64,000 bases of DNA, from assembly GCA_012295275.1 (NCBI GenBank), contig CM022673.1:15438001-15502000 (forward strand). The letters run 5' to 3'. Shown here piece after piece: positions 41,547-56,358 of the stretch (its first letter is position 1; every line of letters begins with the position of its first letter). The position numbers and the translations under genes were made by a program. Source of the DNA: Chrysomallon squamiferum. Taxonomy: Eukaryota > Animalia > Mollusca. The notes beneath the pieces were generated by a model that was not told where the DNA came from, searched no databases, and saw only the letters and a program-made list of their open reading frames with translations.

Positions 41547-41808
41547 CTGAGAGCAAGAAAAAATAATTATTGGTTCTTAATATTTTAAAACTGAAAGAAA
41601 TGTAGCCTGCCCGTAGATAAAGGGATATGTATACATGCATACACACATGGATGGTTACATACATACACACATGCCACAAATGCACAAAAATACATACATA
41701 CATGCATACATACATACATACATACATACATACATACATACATACATACATTGATATATATATACATACATATATACAAAGACATTAGGAACATTATCTT
41801 ATACATGA

Positions 41809-41852
<44 letters not shown>

Positions 41853-41960
41853 ACATAGATACATATATACAAAGACATTAGGAACATTATCTTTGAATGA
41901 GACAACATGAATTTCAACAGTACAGATAAATGAAAGGAAGAAAACATTAAATTTATTTAC

Positions 41961-42051
41961 TGGTATCTCTGGTATCTCTGGTATCTCTGGGATATGCAGT
42001 GTGTAGATGATACACTAGATACAAGACGACGTTGACAAGCAGTAACTTCAT
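41961..42051 (-). CDS. Gene G, signal-peptide exon (MKLLLVNVVLYLVYHLHTAYPRDTRDTRDT)
   Basis: ttcacag|ATG, donor A|gtaaat, 91 nt, phase 1. Confidence 0.88.
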
Positions 42052-42682
42052 CTGTGAATATACGGGGAGAAGTAAATATTAATAAATTGCTTATTCTAAC
42101 TATTCTTATTATGGTAATATCGGTACCGCTATATATGTCATGTCGGCACTGCCAGTCCAATAAAACTGCTTTTAAACTCTTTAAAAAACAAAACGTATCG
42201 TTAAACTCAGTTTAATGATTATAATAATTACTTATTAAAATATTCACCAACAATGGTTTAAACCCTGCCAAAATGTTAGCAGGTTAAGCTATTCAGCTAA
42301 TGTACAAATGGATGATTATGACAAAGGCAATACTACAAAGAAGAAAAAAAGAAGATTAAATTAATTTCTCAAGCTAAGGGGAATAGAGAAATATACCACA
42401 GACATACTGAAACCTTATGGAATTTAAATAAATTATAATCAGCATTTATAGATTTCATAAAACGTTTTTTCTTAATAAAAGTAGAAGGAAAATGAAGAAA
42501 AACAGGTATTAGTAATAATAAAATGGTAGTACTAGTGGTAGTAATAGTAGTAGTACTAGAGCATCAGTAAGAAAAAATTCAAGTGGCAGAAACAACGTAG
42601 GATTATTATGACAAAGATCAGATTGTTGATGCTGATGAGAACAATTTGAAGTATCATGAAAAATATATGATAAAATACTCAC

Positions 42683-42865
42683 TCTGTCACACAAATTAAT
42701 ATCCAACGATTCTCCCTAACAAACAATATGCGACAGCAGACTGTTTTGTTGCCGACGCATGAAAATGAATGGAATATATAGTATAGAGATAGTTTATTCT
42801 AATTCAGATTTTCTGATAGTTGATAATTCAGGCTGTCAAAAACATATGGTACAAGTGAGAATATT
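42683..42865 (-). promoter_or_regulatory. Gene G promoter module (CACTTG..CATATG..TTTGACAG, TATATAT 42774-42780) and non-coding exon 1 ending at donor gtgagt (42682)
   Basis: Strong consensus donor; module nearly the same as gene A's. Confidence 0.68.
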
Positions 42866-43748
42866 AGGTAGCGTTTAAATACATCATTCTTTTAATTTCA
42901 TTATTTAAAAATGCAGAGACATGTCGATTTAATTCCTAAATAGTTGAAGGCAAGTGAGAGCAATCTGTTTATTAATCTTTTTTTTTTTTAAATATCATGG
43001 ATATATAGTTTCTCTTGCTAATAAATTACGTGGAAAAAAACTGTTCCCAAGCAACAAACCCACCTTGCTGTGATCTGTGAATTATAAGATTTTACTACGA
43101 GCATGATCATCAAATACAATAAGAGAAAGAAAAAAAAACGTATTAGCATAACCATATGATTTTTTTTATCTAGTTATCCTAAAGTATAAAATAAATATGA
43201 AAAGACTGCGGAGAAGAAAAACTTTGAACATATTGATTTTCACGATTAACCTGAAATTTGCAGACACTGATTAATTAATTTAATCTTCTAATCCAAACAA
43301 ACCCTGCAGCTTCCTAGTACAAACCTACAACAAATATTTGTTTTAAATTTACGTTTAATTAATGTTAATTCAGGATTTTCTCTTCTCAAAACATTAAAAA
43401 CAAATATTTATTAGCTGATTTTGCGCTTTTTTTATGAATTGAAATGAACTTCAAATACCAAGTTTCCTAACGTTTACTTATAATTAATTACAAGAGAAAT
43501 ACATAGATTTATCTAAATGGCCACGTAATATATGTGGAAGACTATAATTTACGCATTTCTTAATTAATTCTGTAGATCACAATTTTATAGTTGTCGTTAC
43601 CATACATATTAGTCATTTCAAATTACTGAATATCTATCAGATGGCTCTAGTTTTTCAGCTGAATTGTCATACTCTGTGAAAAGTTGAACTGCTTTCAGAT
43701 ATACCAGAGAAACCCAGTTGAAATTATTATTATTACCACTATTACTGC

Positions 43749-43791
<43 letters not shown>

Positions 43792-44889
43792 TTCTTTCAG
43801 ATTATTACTATTATTATTATTATTGATGTTGTTGTTGTTGTTGTTATTACTATTACTACTATTGCTACTACTACTAGTAGTTTGCTGTCTGAAAATGCTT
43901 AAATTATGAGTTATTCACAAAGTTTTTATCATTGCCTTCACATGCCCTCACATCGATAATAATTGAGAGACAGACAGACAGCCAGACACTCATAAACACA
44001 CGCATACAAACATACACACACATGTATGTTATATAATCAGCAAATCAGAAAGAATCCAGACACTTTGGAAGCATAAAAGAGAAGGTGAAGGATGAAATTA
44101 GTTATAAATTAGTTAGTAATCTAAAAACAAGGTATCTTGGAATCTCAGGTGGGGGGGTTCGTGGTTTTTTTTCATAGTGTTGATAATTGATGTTTAGGTC
44201 ATATGCATTGAGAAACACCAGGGTCACATGTTCTCACCCTTGAACAGTTTGTGTTAGGACGTTAATTCGAAGATGGCCGCCATTTTCCTCTTATGTTTTA
44301 ATTAAATCAGATAGAAACATGAATGAAAGGTCGCAATACAGCAGCTGGTACAAGACTGTCTGTGTACCTACTGAGATTGCAGAAGGTACAAGTGATCTGT
44401 TGACGTCATTTTTCCACCATCTATGTTTTTTAACGTCCAATTCTTGTTACTCACGACACACTATAAGGATATTTAGACCAAGCAGAACATATTTTTTATT
44501 TAATTACATTCAGAAATATAGCATCTCTCTATCTTTTGTGAAATTACGAATAAATATTAATTTGAAAACAATTCAAAATATTTTATCATCAAACTGTTCG
44601 TCCAGGAACTTTTCAGTTTTATTGTGACTGTTTTAGGGGGTTTTGGTTGTTATTTTTTAATTACTATTACACGCATTTGTCACAGCGTAACTGAAGCAAT
44701 TAAAGTTAACAAATTGGTGAATTATTACATGAAATTCAATATGATTCGTATTATCATTATCGATTTTCACTTTTTTGTTTTGTTTTTGAAGCTGTTAAAC
44801 GCTACATACAGTGGTGGATGTAAAAAATAGGCATATACATTTTTGTTTAATGTCGATGTGTATCGATTTCATTTAATGCATGTTATTGA

Positions 44890-44932
<43 letters not shown>

Positions 44933-45065
44933 CGCGTGTGTGTGTGCTTCTTTGTTTGCGGGTTTGTTTGCTTTTGTAGGCCTAAAATAATAATAATTAT
45001 TGTTATCATAGCAACATTATTATCATAATCATCATCGTCATCATTATTATTACTATTATAATTAA

Positions 45066-45167
<102 letters not shown>

Positions 45168-46178
45168 GATTTCCTAAAACATTTTTAGAGTGAGTGTAAT
45201 ATAGTTTTGCAAAACTGATGGCAATTACAATCAAACAAGTTTTGATGGTCTCACTATCAGGCTTGCCTAATTAAAAACAGTTTCAAAACTGCCGGTTTTC
45301 CCTTATTGTTTTCATGGCGCTAAGTATGGATATGTACCAGAAGATTGGTCGTAAAAGCATCTGAAGTTGAATCTGTAATGTAAATAAACAAAAACAAAAA
45401 TAGAACATTTTAATTCAGTGATAAAATTGGCGGCTCTTAAGGCAAACAAAAACAAAAAATTATAACTGATCTTTGCTAGAAATGTATTTGTTGCTTCTTT
45501 AGGAAATATGCTTATCTCAATTTTTGTTTGGGGTACCAAGTGCCTCCTTTTTACTAGAATGCCTCACAGTATTAATAGTTCAATTGGACATATAGCTCTG
45601 GAGATGCTCACCCTCAGATGTTGACTTTTTCCCCAACAAAGGCCGGAACCAACACTTATTAGGCACTGATATTTTGGTAACGAGTTGGACGATTTTAGTA
45701 AAATTGATATCTTTGGAAAGCTAGTTTGATAAGAATTACATTTTTTTGGTAGTCTAAAAACCTCTTATTTGACTTGATTCTGACCTTATGGTCCAAGTAA
45801 CTTCAAAATGTCCAATCAGAATTAAACTCCAGCAGATTACCTACAATCTTTAAAAAATTCACAACAGTAATATTTTTTGTTTAATAGTAAAATGGCCTCA
45901 ATATGGATATACTTGACCCCAGAATGTTAATTTTGACACTTCTAATGATTTAGTATACACAAAATGCATACTAATGATTTTGCATACATTAATTCTTCGG
46001 AAGTGTCAAGACTGATATTGTACACCTCCTCTATTATTACATACTCATTAAATTATCTGACATGTTGATGAATAAATTATTATTTTTTTTAAATGTTTGT
46101 TTTTGTTGTGGTTTTTTTGTTGGTTTCTTTTTTCATTTTTTTTTTTTTTTTTTTTTTATTTTTTATTTTTTTAATCAG

Positions 46179-46450
46179 TATGCTATTGTCTGACAAACAG
46201 AATGTTTGTCTATAATGGAATGAAGTCGGATACGCATTTAGGAAAAACAACAACGAAAGAAACAACAGAAAAACTGGACAACCAGTGTCTCCATTTCTGT
46301 AATTTAAAGACTCTATCAGCTATCCTGTAGAAAAAAGTATGTATGGATATACATGCAGAACTCTTTAGCCCGATATTTCTGATTCTCGTTGGTGCTATAG
46401 TGTAAACAGACCCAGATGGGAATCATATGGAATTCTGCAGTTCGAAGATT
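46179..46450 (+). pseudogene. Isolated, heavily decayed kringle exon relic (CYCLTNRMFVYNGMKSDTHLGK ... WCYSVNRPRWESYGILQF)
   Basis: aatcag|TA TGC acceptor; recognisable first and last thirds of a kringle with a degenerate middle; upstream intron 46050-46085 resembles 11465-11500. Confidence 0.75.
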
Positions 46451-47226
46451 AGTGTTTTTCATGTCTTTTCTTTGAAATACACCCAGAATTATAAAGCCTA
46501 ATAAAACCTATTAGTCTACTGCTAATCAAAAGTAATAATATTATATCAATATCTAAAAATAAGGAATGAAATGTTTCTTGTCATTGTTATTATTATTTTT
46601 TTTTTTTTTTACTCTTAATAAAAAACTTTAAATCTTTCCTAAATTTTGTATACCGTACCTGTCAGCCAAGTAAGCCCATACATTGAGTCACTATTTTGAC
46701 CTTTATTTTTATTTTTATTTTTATTTATTTATTTTTATTTTTATTTTTTATTTTTTATTTTTTTTTTTGATATCGGCTTAATGGCAGATGATATTTCAAT
46801 GTCAGGAAATCGTGTCATCGGGAGAAGAAATGTCGGGGTGTTAACAGCCATCCATATATCGACGGACCTGAAATCGCCATTAAAACGTCTGCAATCGCTG
46901 CTGGGTTAAACAGCGCATTTAACAACTTTCAGTCTGAAGACAGCGTCGTATGTCACGTGTTTTTTTTTTTCGCGGCACAGTTGTCTTCGATTCATAGAAG
47001 AGTGTGCATGTCGTTGTGTTAGTAATACCGGATGTCGAAATTTTGATTGAATATTTAATCACCCTGTTAATTTAAATGAGCGAGGTCTTGGCTTTTAAAT
47101 ACTTTTCACTGTCCCCATGACAACATTTTCTGGTTCACGAGCGCCATGTTCGATAATGTTCTTTTATTGCTATTTCCTGAGTTCAAAACATTTCATATCA
47201 TGAAAATACTACAGGGATAAGTTAAG

Positions 47227-47406
47227 ATTTTTTGTCGTGTAAAGGTTTAAATATAATAATTATTATGCATACATACATACATTCATACATACATGCATAT
47301 ATATACACACACACACACATACATATATATATATATGCATGTATGTATGAATGTATGTATGTATGCATAATAATTATTATATTTATACCTTTACACGACA
47401 AAAAAT
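47227..47406. repeat. Near-perfect inverted repeat: 79-bp arms (47227-47305, 47328-47406), 22-nt CA-rich spacer
   Basis: The arms are reverse complements with one mismatch seen (aaaggttta versus aaaggtata). Confidence 0.92.
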
Positions 47407-47750
47407 ATACATATATATAAGTGTATCTATCTGTATATGTACCTAAAAACATGCACATACGTAGCTTAATTACTAAATTACGCACATTAATACAAAAATG
47501 TTCCATTTTATAATAATGCATATGTTTAATTGGTAATGTAAACATGCTGGTTCTGACTTTTTTTTATGAGGTAGCAGCAAAGTGTTTTTTTACCGTCAGC
47601 ATTCCATAGACTGACAACGCAGCACAACCAAACACCGTGTGATACTCCAGTCCCAGAATAACGATTGTGACGTGAAATAACCGCGACTGCCCGGAATGAT
47701 TCTGGAGTAATCTCTCTTCTCTAGTATGATGAATTTCAAAGGTTTATTAC

Positions 47751-47811
<61 letters not shown>

Positions 47812-47965
47812 TTAATGTGGATATTAAAAAGACTGCTTCGAAGATTAAAATTATAAATAGTTAATTAATTTAATAAATACTTAATTACCTTATTAAAAGG
47901 CATCTTATTTTATTTTTTAATTAATTAATACAACAAAAACAATAACAACATTAATAAAGTTATAT

Positions 47966-47997
<32 letters not shown>

Positions 47998-48319
47998 TTA
48001 CTACTACTACTACTACTACTACTAAGAAGTGCCATAATTTTAAGATAGGATGAATCAAAATTCACGTATAATTCCTTCAATCAAATACATATTTACAACC
48101 TTCATTAATATCCATTACACGAGTACCCACAACAAGCATCACGAATTTCTCCTAAAATACAATATGTAAAATTCATTGATGGATATAAATTAAACTTATT
48201 TTGCTCGTCGTAAAACTGTTTATTTATGTATTACAAAACACAAAATTAAGGTCCAGTTTGTTCCAAACGCAACATCTTTTCATCCTCGAAAGTGCCGCTA
48301 AAACTCGTTTTATAAAACA

Positions 48320-48782
48320 TAAATATGTATGAAATAATGTTGAATGTTTGTATTATCATAATTATACACCAGATGGGTTGAACTCGCACTGTTTGGCGGG
48401 CAAGCGTTTGCCGATTGAGGCTTGTGATTCAACAAAAACAATACTACCTGCATGCACTTTATCGTATAAAGCTGCCATACAATAAAATTATTTATTTTGG
48501 ATAAAGCAGTTTATAACTCCGCGTTACCATTTTTTTTTTTTTTTGTCTCCGTCCAGTGCTCGGCAGGTGTCCGCTGATCTAAAGGACATATCTAATGAAA
48601 ATAGTCAGGGGCCGCTGAAGACAGGGACCACTATATATCCATGAATCTGTCAATATTAGCTGCACCAAGAAAAAAATTAACATTCAGAATAAAATATATT
48701 AGATATAACATAAATGACATAAACATTGTAATTTATATATATCGTTAGATATTGTTGTCATTAATAATAATAATAATAATAG

Positions 48783-48822
<40 letters not shown>

Positions 48823-49934
48823 GTTGTTGTTAGTATTATTATTAATATTGCTGTTGTTGTTATTGTTATTGCTATAATTACTTCTACAACTATTATTATA
48901 CTTATAATTATTATTATAGTTTTAATAGTAACAGAGTGGTAGTGGTAGTAGTTGTATTAGTAGTATTTTGCATGATTGCATAAACAGAAGATTTCTCAGT
49001 CAATTTTACATTTTGTACTAAAAGTAATTTACTAAAGACACGTCAGCCATTTTCTGGAAGGAATGAAACTAATCTCTTTACTTTTCATTGTTTATTTATT
49101 ACTTACAATGACACGAAATACACTGTCTGTGCAATAGTGTATAATGTATCTCCCGCAGAAAACGAAATTTGACTTCTGTTAGGCAATAAACTAGTCGGTG
49201 AATTATAAAATGTAAATTATAGCTATCCATAACATGGAGAAATATCATGATTTTTTATTTTTTTGGAGTAAGGATTATAATTTTCTTTCACTGTGTATAT
49301 GAATGTATGAGTGCTTATGTACGTATGTATGTATCTACTACGTACGCCTATGGTTTAGGTCTTTTCAGTGAAACATAACTACATTTTACCCTTAGTGAAA
49401 ATTTCAGAAACTAAAGGAGCACTATCAATAGCATTATCTATATATTATGTCTGTATTGCCGCAAAAACTACAAATTTTGCTTGATACTGTTTAATAAAGC
49501 AATCCACAATGATAACTGGTTTAACATGGAGAAGTCTCTTTTTATCGATTCTAGAGTTATCTCCCATCAGTGACGATTTTCTTTGCTGCCTTCCCCCATG
49601 ACATGATCACTGAACAAAATAAAAGGAACAGTTGTGTATTACACTCGATCCTCCATTTAACAGAACCTATTTGCCGAATTTCGAAATATCTACATAAAAT
49701 CTGGGAAATGTACGAGCGTGTGTGCATGTATGTCTCTGTGTGTACCTCAGTGTGTGTGTGTTGACACACAGCACAATTACAATATCAATCTATTGCCAGT
49801 CAAGGTAAGTAAACTGCGAATTTAAAGCAAATTTAGTTTCGTACATTATTCTACATTGTGAATTTGGTTGCAAATTTAATTCTGTATATTTTTCTACGTT
49901 ATTAATATTATTATTACTTTTTTCCCTTTTTCTT

Positions 49935-49972
<38 letters not shown>

Positions 49973-50634
49973 ATTCTTTTTTCTTTTTTCTTTTTTTGTA
50001 TTATTATTTTTTTTTTTTTTTTTTTTTTTCTTAACATCGGAAAATACTGATTTTTGATGTTCCTGACAATTTTTCCAACATTTTAGTTGGATGTGTATGT
50101 GCATGTGTATGTTTGAGTGTGTATGTATGAGTGTGTGAGTGTGTTTGTGTGTGTAAATAATAACAAAAAATATGTCTTTCTCTCTGTTTATAAAATGGCA
50201 AAATTACTTTTTTAACCATGATAAAATGTTCCAGTGTAATAAAATAGAAACTATCTATACGTGCACATGTGTGTTTGTGTATATAAAAATAATAATAAAA
50301 AAAATATATTTTTTTGTCTGTGCTTTAAAATGGTAAAATCACTGTTTTATTGCCATAAAAAGATATTGCAGTGTAATAAAACAATATATACGTGCGCGTT
50401 TGTGTATGTGTTTTGCGTGTCTATAAAAATGATGAAAGATATTTGTGTTTTCTGTCTGTGCTATAACATGGAAAATGCTGCGGTGTAATAAAATAGAAAT
50501 AATCTGTGTGTGTGTGAGTTTGTGTGTGTGTGTGTGTGTGTCTTTAATATATATGTATTTCTGTTTCTTTTTTTTTTTCTTTTTTTCTATTTTTATTTTT
50601 ATTTATGACTATTATTATTTTGTTTTTAAATATA

Positions 50635-50683
<49 letters not shown>

Positions 50684-51660
50684 TAATAATGACAATGATA
50701 ATAATAATAATAATAGTATTAATAATAATGTTAATAATAAAGAAGATCATGTGTGTTATAACAATGTGTGTGAAATGTAAACTGTCTCTTTCAGGATTTG
50801 TTCTTTTGATACGACTTTACATTTTATAGAATATTCAGTAATTAAGCTCAAAATGAACGATAGCCATGTCTAGTATTTCTGATAATGACAAAGATGTTGA
50901 TTTATTTAGTGACGTTCAATGACAAATATCAATAAGTTTTGCAGTCATATGTATTTGTTGGTAAAAGTGCAAAAGCTATGCTGTTGTTACTCTTTGATGT
51001 CTTTGGCTGTTTTTTTTTTTGTTTTTTTTTTTTGTTTTTTTTTTTATGTTGTTGTTACACTTTGTTTAGATTTTGTTTTTTGTTTTTCTTGTTTGCTTTT
51101 GTTTGTTTGTTCTTGTTTGTTTTGGGTTTTTTTTTTTTTAAGTAGTAGTAGTAGCGGTAGTGACAGTAGTAGTAATAGTAGTTGTATTCAGCATTGCATA
51201 AACAGGAGATTTTTCAGTCAGTTTCATATTTTTAATAAAAGTAATTTACTAAAGACATCAGTAATTTTCTAGTATTACATTACTGCAAGCCATGAAATTT
51301 ATTATAGTTTTCATTATTCGTCGATTATATACCATGAAACGAAATACAGTGTCTGTGAAACAGTGTCATTATTTCAGAGTACGAGATATTTTAAAATGAA
51401 TCACCGACAGAAAACGAAATTTGACTTCTGTTAGGAAATAAACTAGTCGGTAAGTTATAAAATGTAAATTAGAGCTAACCATAGCAAGTGGAAGTATCAT
51501 GGGTTTGCTTTTAGGGATGGGGATTGTAATTTTGTTTCTATCTATATCCTATGTTTGTGAATATATATATATATATATATATATATCGATAGATAGATAA
51601 ATAGATAGGTTGTTAGATTCATACGTACATTCAAAGAAACATCTATTTACATATGCATAC
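48320..51660 (+). repeat. Segmental duplicate of ~60125-63325
   Basis: Colinear blocks: 48325-48770 ~ 60130-60630, 49445-49910 ~ 60875-61350, 50745-51000 ~ 62165-62420 and 51185-51660 ~ 62760-63325. Confidence 0.88.
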
Positions 51661-51897
51661 ATATACGTATGTATCTATATATACACATACATTGATACAT
51701 CCATACGTCCATACGTCCATCATCCATCCATCCATGCATATGCACATATTAAGATATAAACATACATACACATACGTTACATAATGCATGCATCCATCCA
51801 TCCATTATATGCATCCATATATATATATATACATCTATTCATCCATACATCAAAATATACTAACATACAGACAAACACACATACATACATGCATACA

Positions 51898-52022
51898 AAT
51901 AGCTTGATTGCAGAATGGTTACGTCGTCCCCTCGGAGTGCTGGTGATAAGGTGCCATACGTTCGATTCTCGTCACCTGCATTATTGCATTCCCGAATACT
52001 GTCTACTGCAGAATCTAATCAG
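51898..52022 (+). mobile_element. tRNA-derived SINE-like relic; duplicate at ~54815-54922
   Basis: A-box-like TTGCAGAATGG (TGGCCGAATGG in the second copy) and B-box-like GTTCGATTC; no complete cloverleaf. Confidence 0.5.
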
Positions 52023-52431
52023 ACATATATAAGACAGAGGAACTTTCAAAATACATACACTCATCTATGCACACTCTTCGTTTATTAATTTCACAAAACA
52101 GAGCAAACTTTACGCTTTGTAAATAGACAGCTTCTCTTTGTTTTCCATTTTCTTTTTTTGTTGTAATAATGAAATTTATATGATGACATAAAACTAAAAT
52201 AAGTGTCTATTTGACAGCAAAATTACGAAAACGCAGTTTTTATCAGAATCTCTGTACTATAATATATTTTCATTCTCCAAACGAGAATCATTTGGCTTTA
52301 TTTAATGTGACACTGCAAGTAGTTTGTTTTCTTCTCTACTACATTGTTATTTTTAAATGTTTAGGTTTTTTTCAGTTTTTTTCATACTACGCTTACTGAA
52401 ACTACCATTATTACTTCTACTAATAATATTG

Positions 52432-52464
<33 letters not shown>

Positions 52465-52723
52465 TTACTACTAATACAGCTAGAAAGCAACAAATTGTGA
52501 CTTTTCCTATAAATTAGATACGTCTTCTGAAATGACCAACAAATACATCCTTATGATTATACTAGACATACATAAACATATTTGTATATAATGCTGTTAT
52601 AGATAGATACATACATACTTACATATATACATTCATAATCACACATATATAGATAATATATCAAACATATATATACACACACACGGGTGTGCGTGCTTAC
52701 TTGCGAGCGTGTGTGTGACTGTG

Positions 52724-52845
<122 letters not shown>

Positions 52846-53310
52846 ATTGTAGATGTGTCTCCAGGAAGCGCTGTTGTTGTCGTATATCTCGTTTGAACGT
52901 GCTGTAACAGCTACTATGCTATATTAGTCAAACAGTTTGTACTGTGTTACGGATGGTCATAATAATATGCTGAATGTCCGAAGATGTTAAATGTTAAAGA
53001 TTTGTGAGTACACACGGCAGTGATAATGGATAATTTAATATCAAATTATTATGTCAGTCAACTCAGTAAAGAAACATAATAAGTTTTGTTTCAGAGGTTT
53101 AAAGGCTTTTTAAATAATAATTATTCCTTAGTTTTTTGTTGTTCTTGTTGTTGTTTTTTGTTGTTCTGTTAACTTTGTTTGTTTGTCGTTGTTTTTTTGT
53201 TGTTTTTTTGTTGTTGTCTTGTTTTTGTTATTGTATTGTTTTTTTAGTAATTTATTTATTTATTTTATTTTATGTTTTTTTTTTTTTTTATTTTATTTTA
53301 TTGTTCACAG

Positions 53311-54020
53311 TTGAAATTACTGTTCCTGAATCTCCTCAACCTCATAATGTGTCTCTCTACGGCGTCTTCCGGTAACACCTGTGAGAAAACTATTTCTATT
53401 TCTAAGTTTCAATGTGGAGCGGACAGGAATATTATTTTTTTATTTATCATGTTAATCATCGTTGATTTGATTACATTATTATTATTACTATTATTATTAT
53501 CATCATCATCATTATTATTATAATTATTTTGAACAGTGTAACTGAAACGGATTCTGGGCGTATGTTTGTGTGGGTGGGTGACTGTTCGTTTGTACATACT
53601 GGTACATATATATGTAAGTTGTTAAGTAGTATATATATATATATATCTGTATATATGTATTTCTGCAAACAATATCGATTTTACCTTTTTTATCCGAGTC
53701 TAGAAAGGCTGAATATTATGCACTCCTAATCAATATCGCTCAATATACTGGTCACGTAAGAACCACCAACTCTGGGAATATTTGTAAAAGATGGAGTGAC
53801 GTGGACAGCTCGGATCATACCTATGTCGCTGATGAAAACTTTCCTGAGGCTTCTTTGGACGAGGCGGAACATTTCTGCCGTGACCCATCCTCTTCTGCTT
53901 ATCTCTGGTGTTACCTCAAGGATCAGTACGACATGTGGAAAAAAATGTGAAATTCTCAATTATTTTGACGAAGTTTTAGTTGTTGTTATCATCATCATCA
54001 TCATCGTCATCATAATAATA

Positions 54021-54064
<44 letters not shown>

Positions 54065-54115
54065 CATCATCATCTTCATCATCATTATAGTTAGTGTTAT
54101 TATTACAGACCCAAT
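53311..54115 (+). pseudogene. Gene H: truncated pseudogene (signal exon 53311-53371 with ATG->TTG, kringle relic 53741-53958, stub of the next exon ~54091-54115)
   Basis: Start codon mutated; kringle lacks its acceptor and first Cys, has a +1 A frameshift near the end and lacks the last Cys and donor. Putative exon-1 donor gtgagt at ~53004. Confidence 0.88.
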
Positions 54116-54517
54116 AACATAGTGTGAAATAGTGTCATTAGTTCAGGGTACGAGATATTTTAAAATGTATCACCGGCAGAAAACGAAATTTGACTTCTGT
54201 TAGGAAATAAACTTGTCGGCGAATTATAAAATGTAAATTAGAGCTAACCATAACAAGTGGAAGTATCATGAGTTTGTGTTTAGGGGCAGAAGCTGTAATA
54301 TTTTTTCTATCTATATATGCATATCTGGGTGCGCCTATGTATATGTGTGTGTGTATATGTATGTATATATATATATATATATATATGTACGCCTATGTAT
54401 ATGTGTGTGTATATATATAGATAGATAGATAGAGAGACAGATAAGCTGACAGATGGATAGGTTTTTGGATCGATACAAACATATATACATACATATCCAT
54501 ACACATCTGAATCTTTG

Positions 54518-54551
<34 letters not shown>

Positions 54552-55026
54552 TGTATGTATGTATCTATTATGTATGTATGTATGTATTTATGTAATTAAC
54601 TATATATATATACACATACACTGATACATCCATACGTCCATCAACCATCCATCCATCCATACTTACTTACTAAGATATACACATACAAACACTTACATTA
54701 CATATATACATAAATGCATAAATACATGTACATATATATACATACATATATTCATCCATACGTCCATATATATACAAACATACATACAAACACACATATA
54801 TACATTCGTACAAGTAACGTGATGGCCGAATGGTCACTTCGTCCCTTCGGAGTGCGGATGAAAACCGCATCTCCGGTGCCAGTGCATTCCCGAATATTGT
54901 CTATTGCAGAATCTAATCAGATTCCTAAAATACATACACATATCTATAAACACTCTTTGTTGGTTAAGTTCACATAACAGAGTAAAACTTACGTTATAAA
55001 AAAAAAAAAAAAAAAAAAAAATTCTT

Positions 55027-55086
<60 letters not shown>

Positions 55087-55356
55087 ATTAATGAAATTTA
55101 TATGATGACATAAAAATAAAATACGTGTCTTTTTGACAGCAAAATTTCGAAAACGCAGTGTTTATTAGAATCAGTATTTCGTTTTCATTCTCCAGAACGA
55201 GAATCACTTGGCTTTATTTAATGTGACACGGTAATTGGTTCGTTTTCTAAGCTACTACATTGTTATTTTTCACATCCTAAATATTCTTTTTTCAGTTTTT
55301 CTCATACCACTGATACTGAAACTACCATTATTACTTTACTAATAATATTGCTGCTG

Positions 55357-55395
<39 letters not shown>

Positions 55396-55733
55396 TTACT
55401 GCTAATACAGCTACCATTATTACTTCTACTACTGCTCCGATAGGAATTTGCAATCATTGCTTTTGTTATTATTTTTAGTACAACTACTGAGTCAACAAGT
55501 ACCATTACTATTGCTGCTCAGAACAAATTATCACTTTTGATTTAAATTAGATACTTCTGAAATGATCAACAAATACATGACATACATACACATCTGTATA
55601 CAATACACATTCTTAAACACATACATACATAAACGCATATATGTACATAAACATATATGCACATATATATTATATATATATCCACACAAACATGTGTGCG
55701 TGCTTATTATCAGTGAATGTGTATCTGAGTGTG

Positions 55734-55865
<132 letters not shown>

Positions 55866-56358
55866 ATTGTAAATGTGTCTCCAGGAAGCGCTGTTGTTGT
55901 TATATATCTCGTCTGAACGTACAGTAACAGCTACTGTGCTGAATTTGCCACGCATTGTTACGGAAGGTCATACTAACATACTCAGTTTGTACTCCGGTAC
56001 TGTTGCACAATGTTACCCGAAGGTCTTAAAGGTTAATGGTTTGTGAGTACGTCAGTGAACGGTAAAGAAATATGTGTTTTGTTTCAGCGGTTTGAATAGA
56101 GTTTTAATGGATTGAGAACTCTGTTTATGGTGGAACTAACTAAAATTCCTTTGATTCTTTTTGTTGTTATTTTGATGTTTATGGTGGAACGAAAATTGTC
56201 GTTACAAGAATGATTAGCAAATAATTAAAATTCCTTTGTTGTTTGTTGTTGTTACTTTGTTGTTCTGGTATTTTTTTATGATGTTTCGTTTTTGTAATGT
56301 ATTTGTTTATTTTATTTTCTGTTTTCTTTTTTATTATTTATATTTTTATTGTATACAG

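Noticed and set aside
51898-52022. Possible tRNA gene
   Set aside because: A- and B-box-like motifs are present but no consistent cloverleaf; the duplicate copy is degenerate, so a SINE relic fits better.
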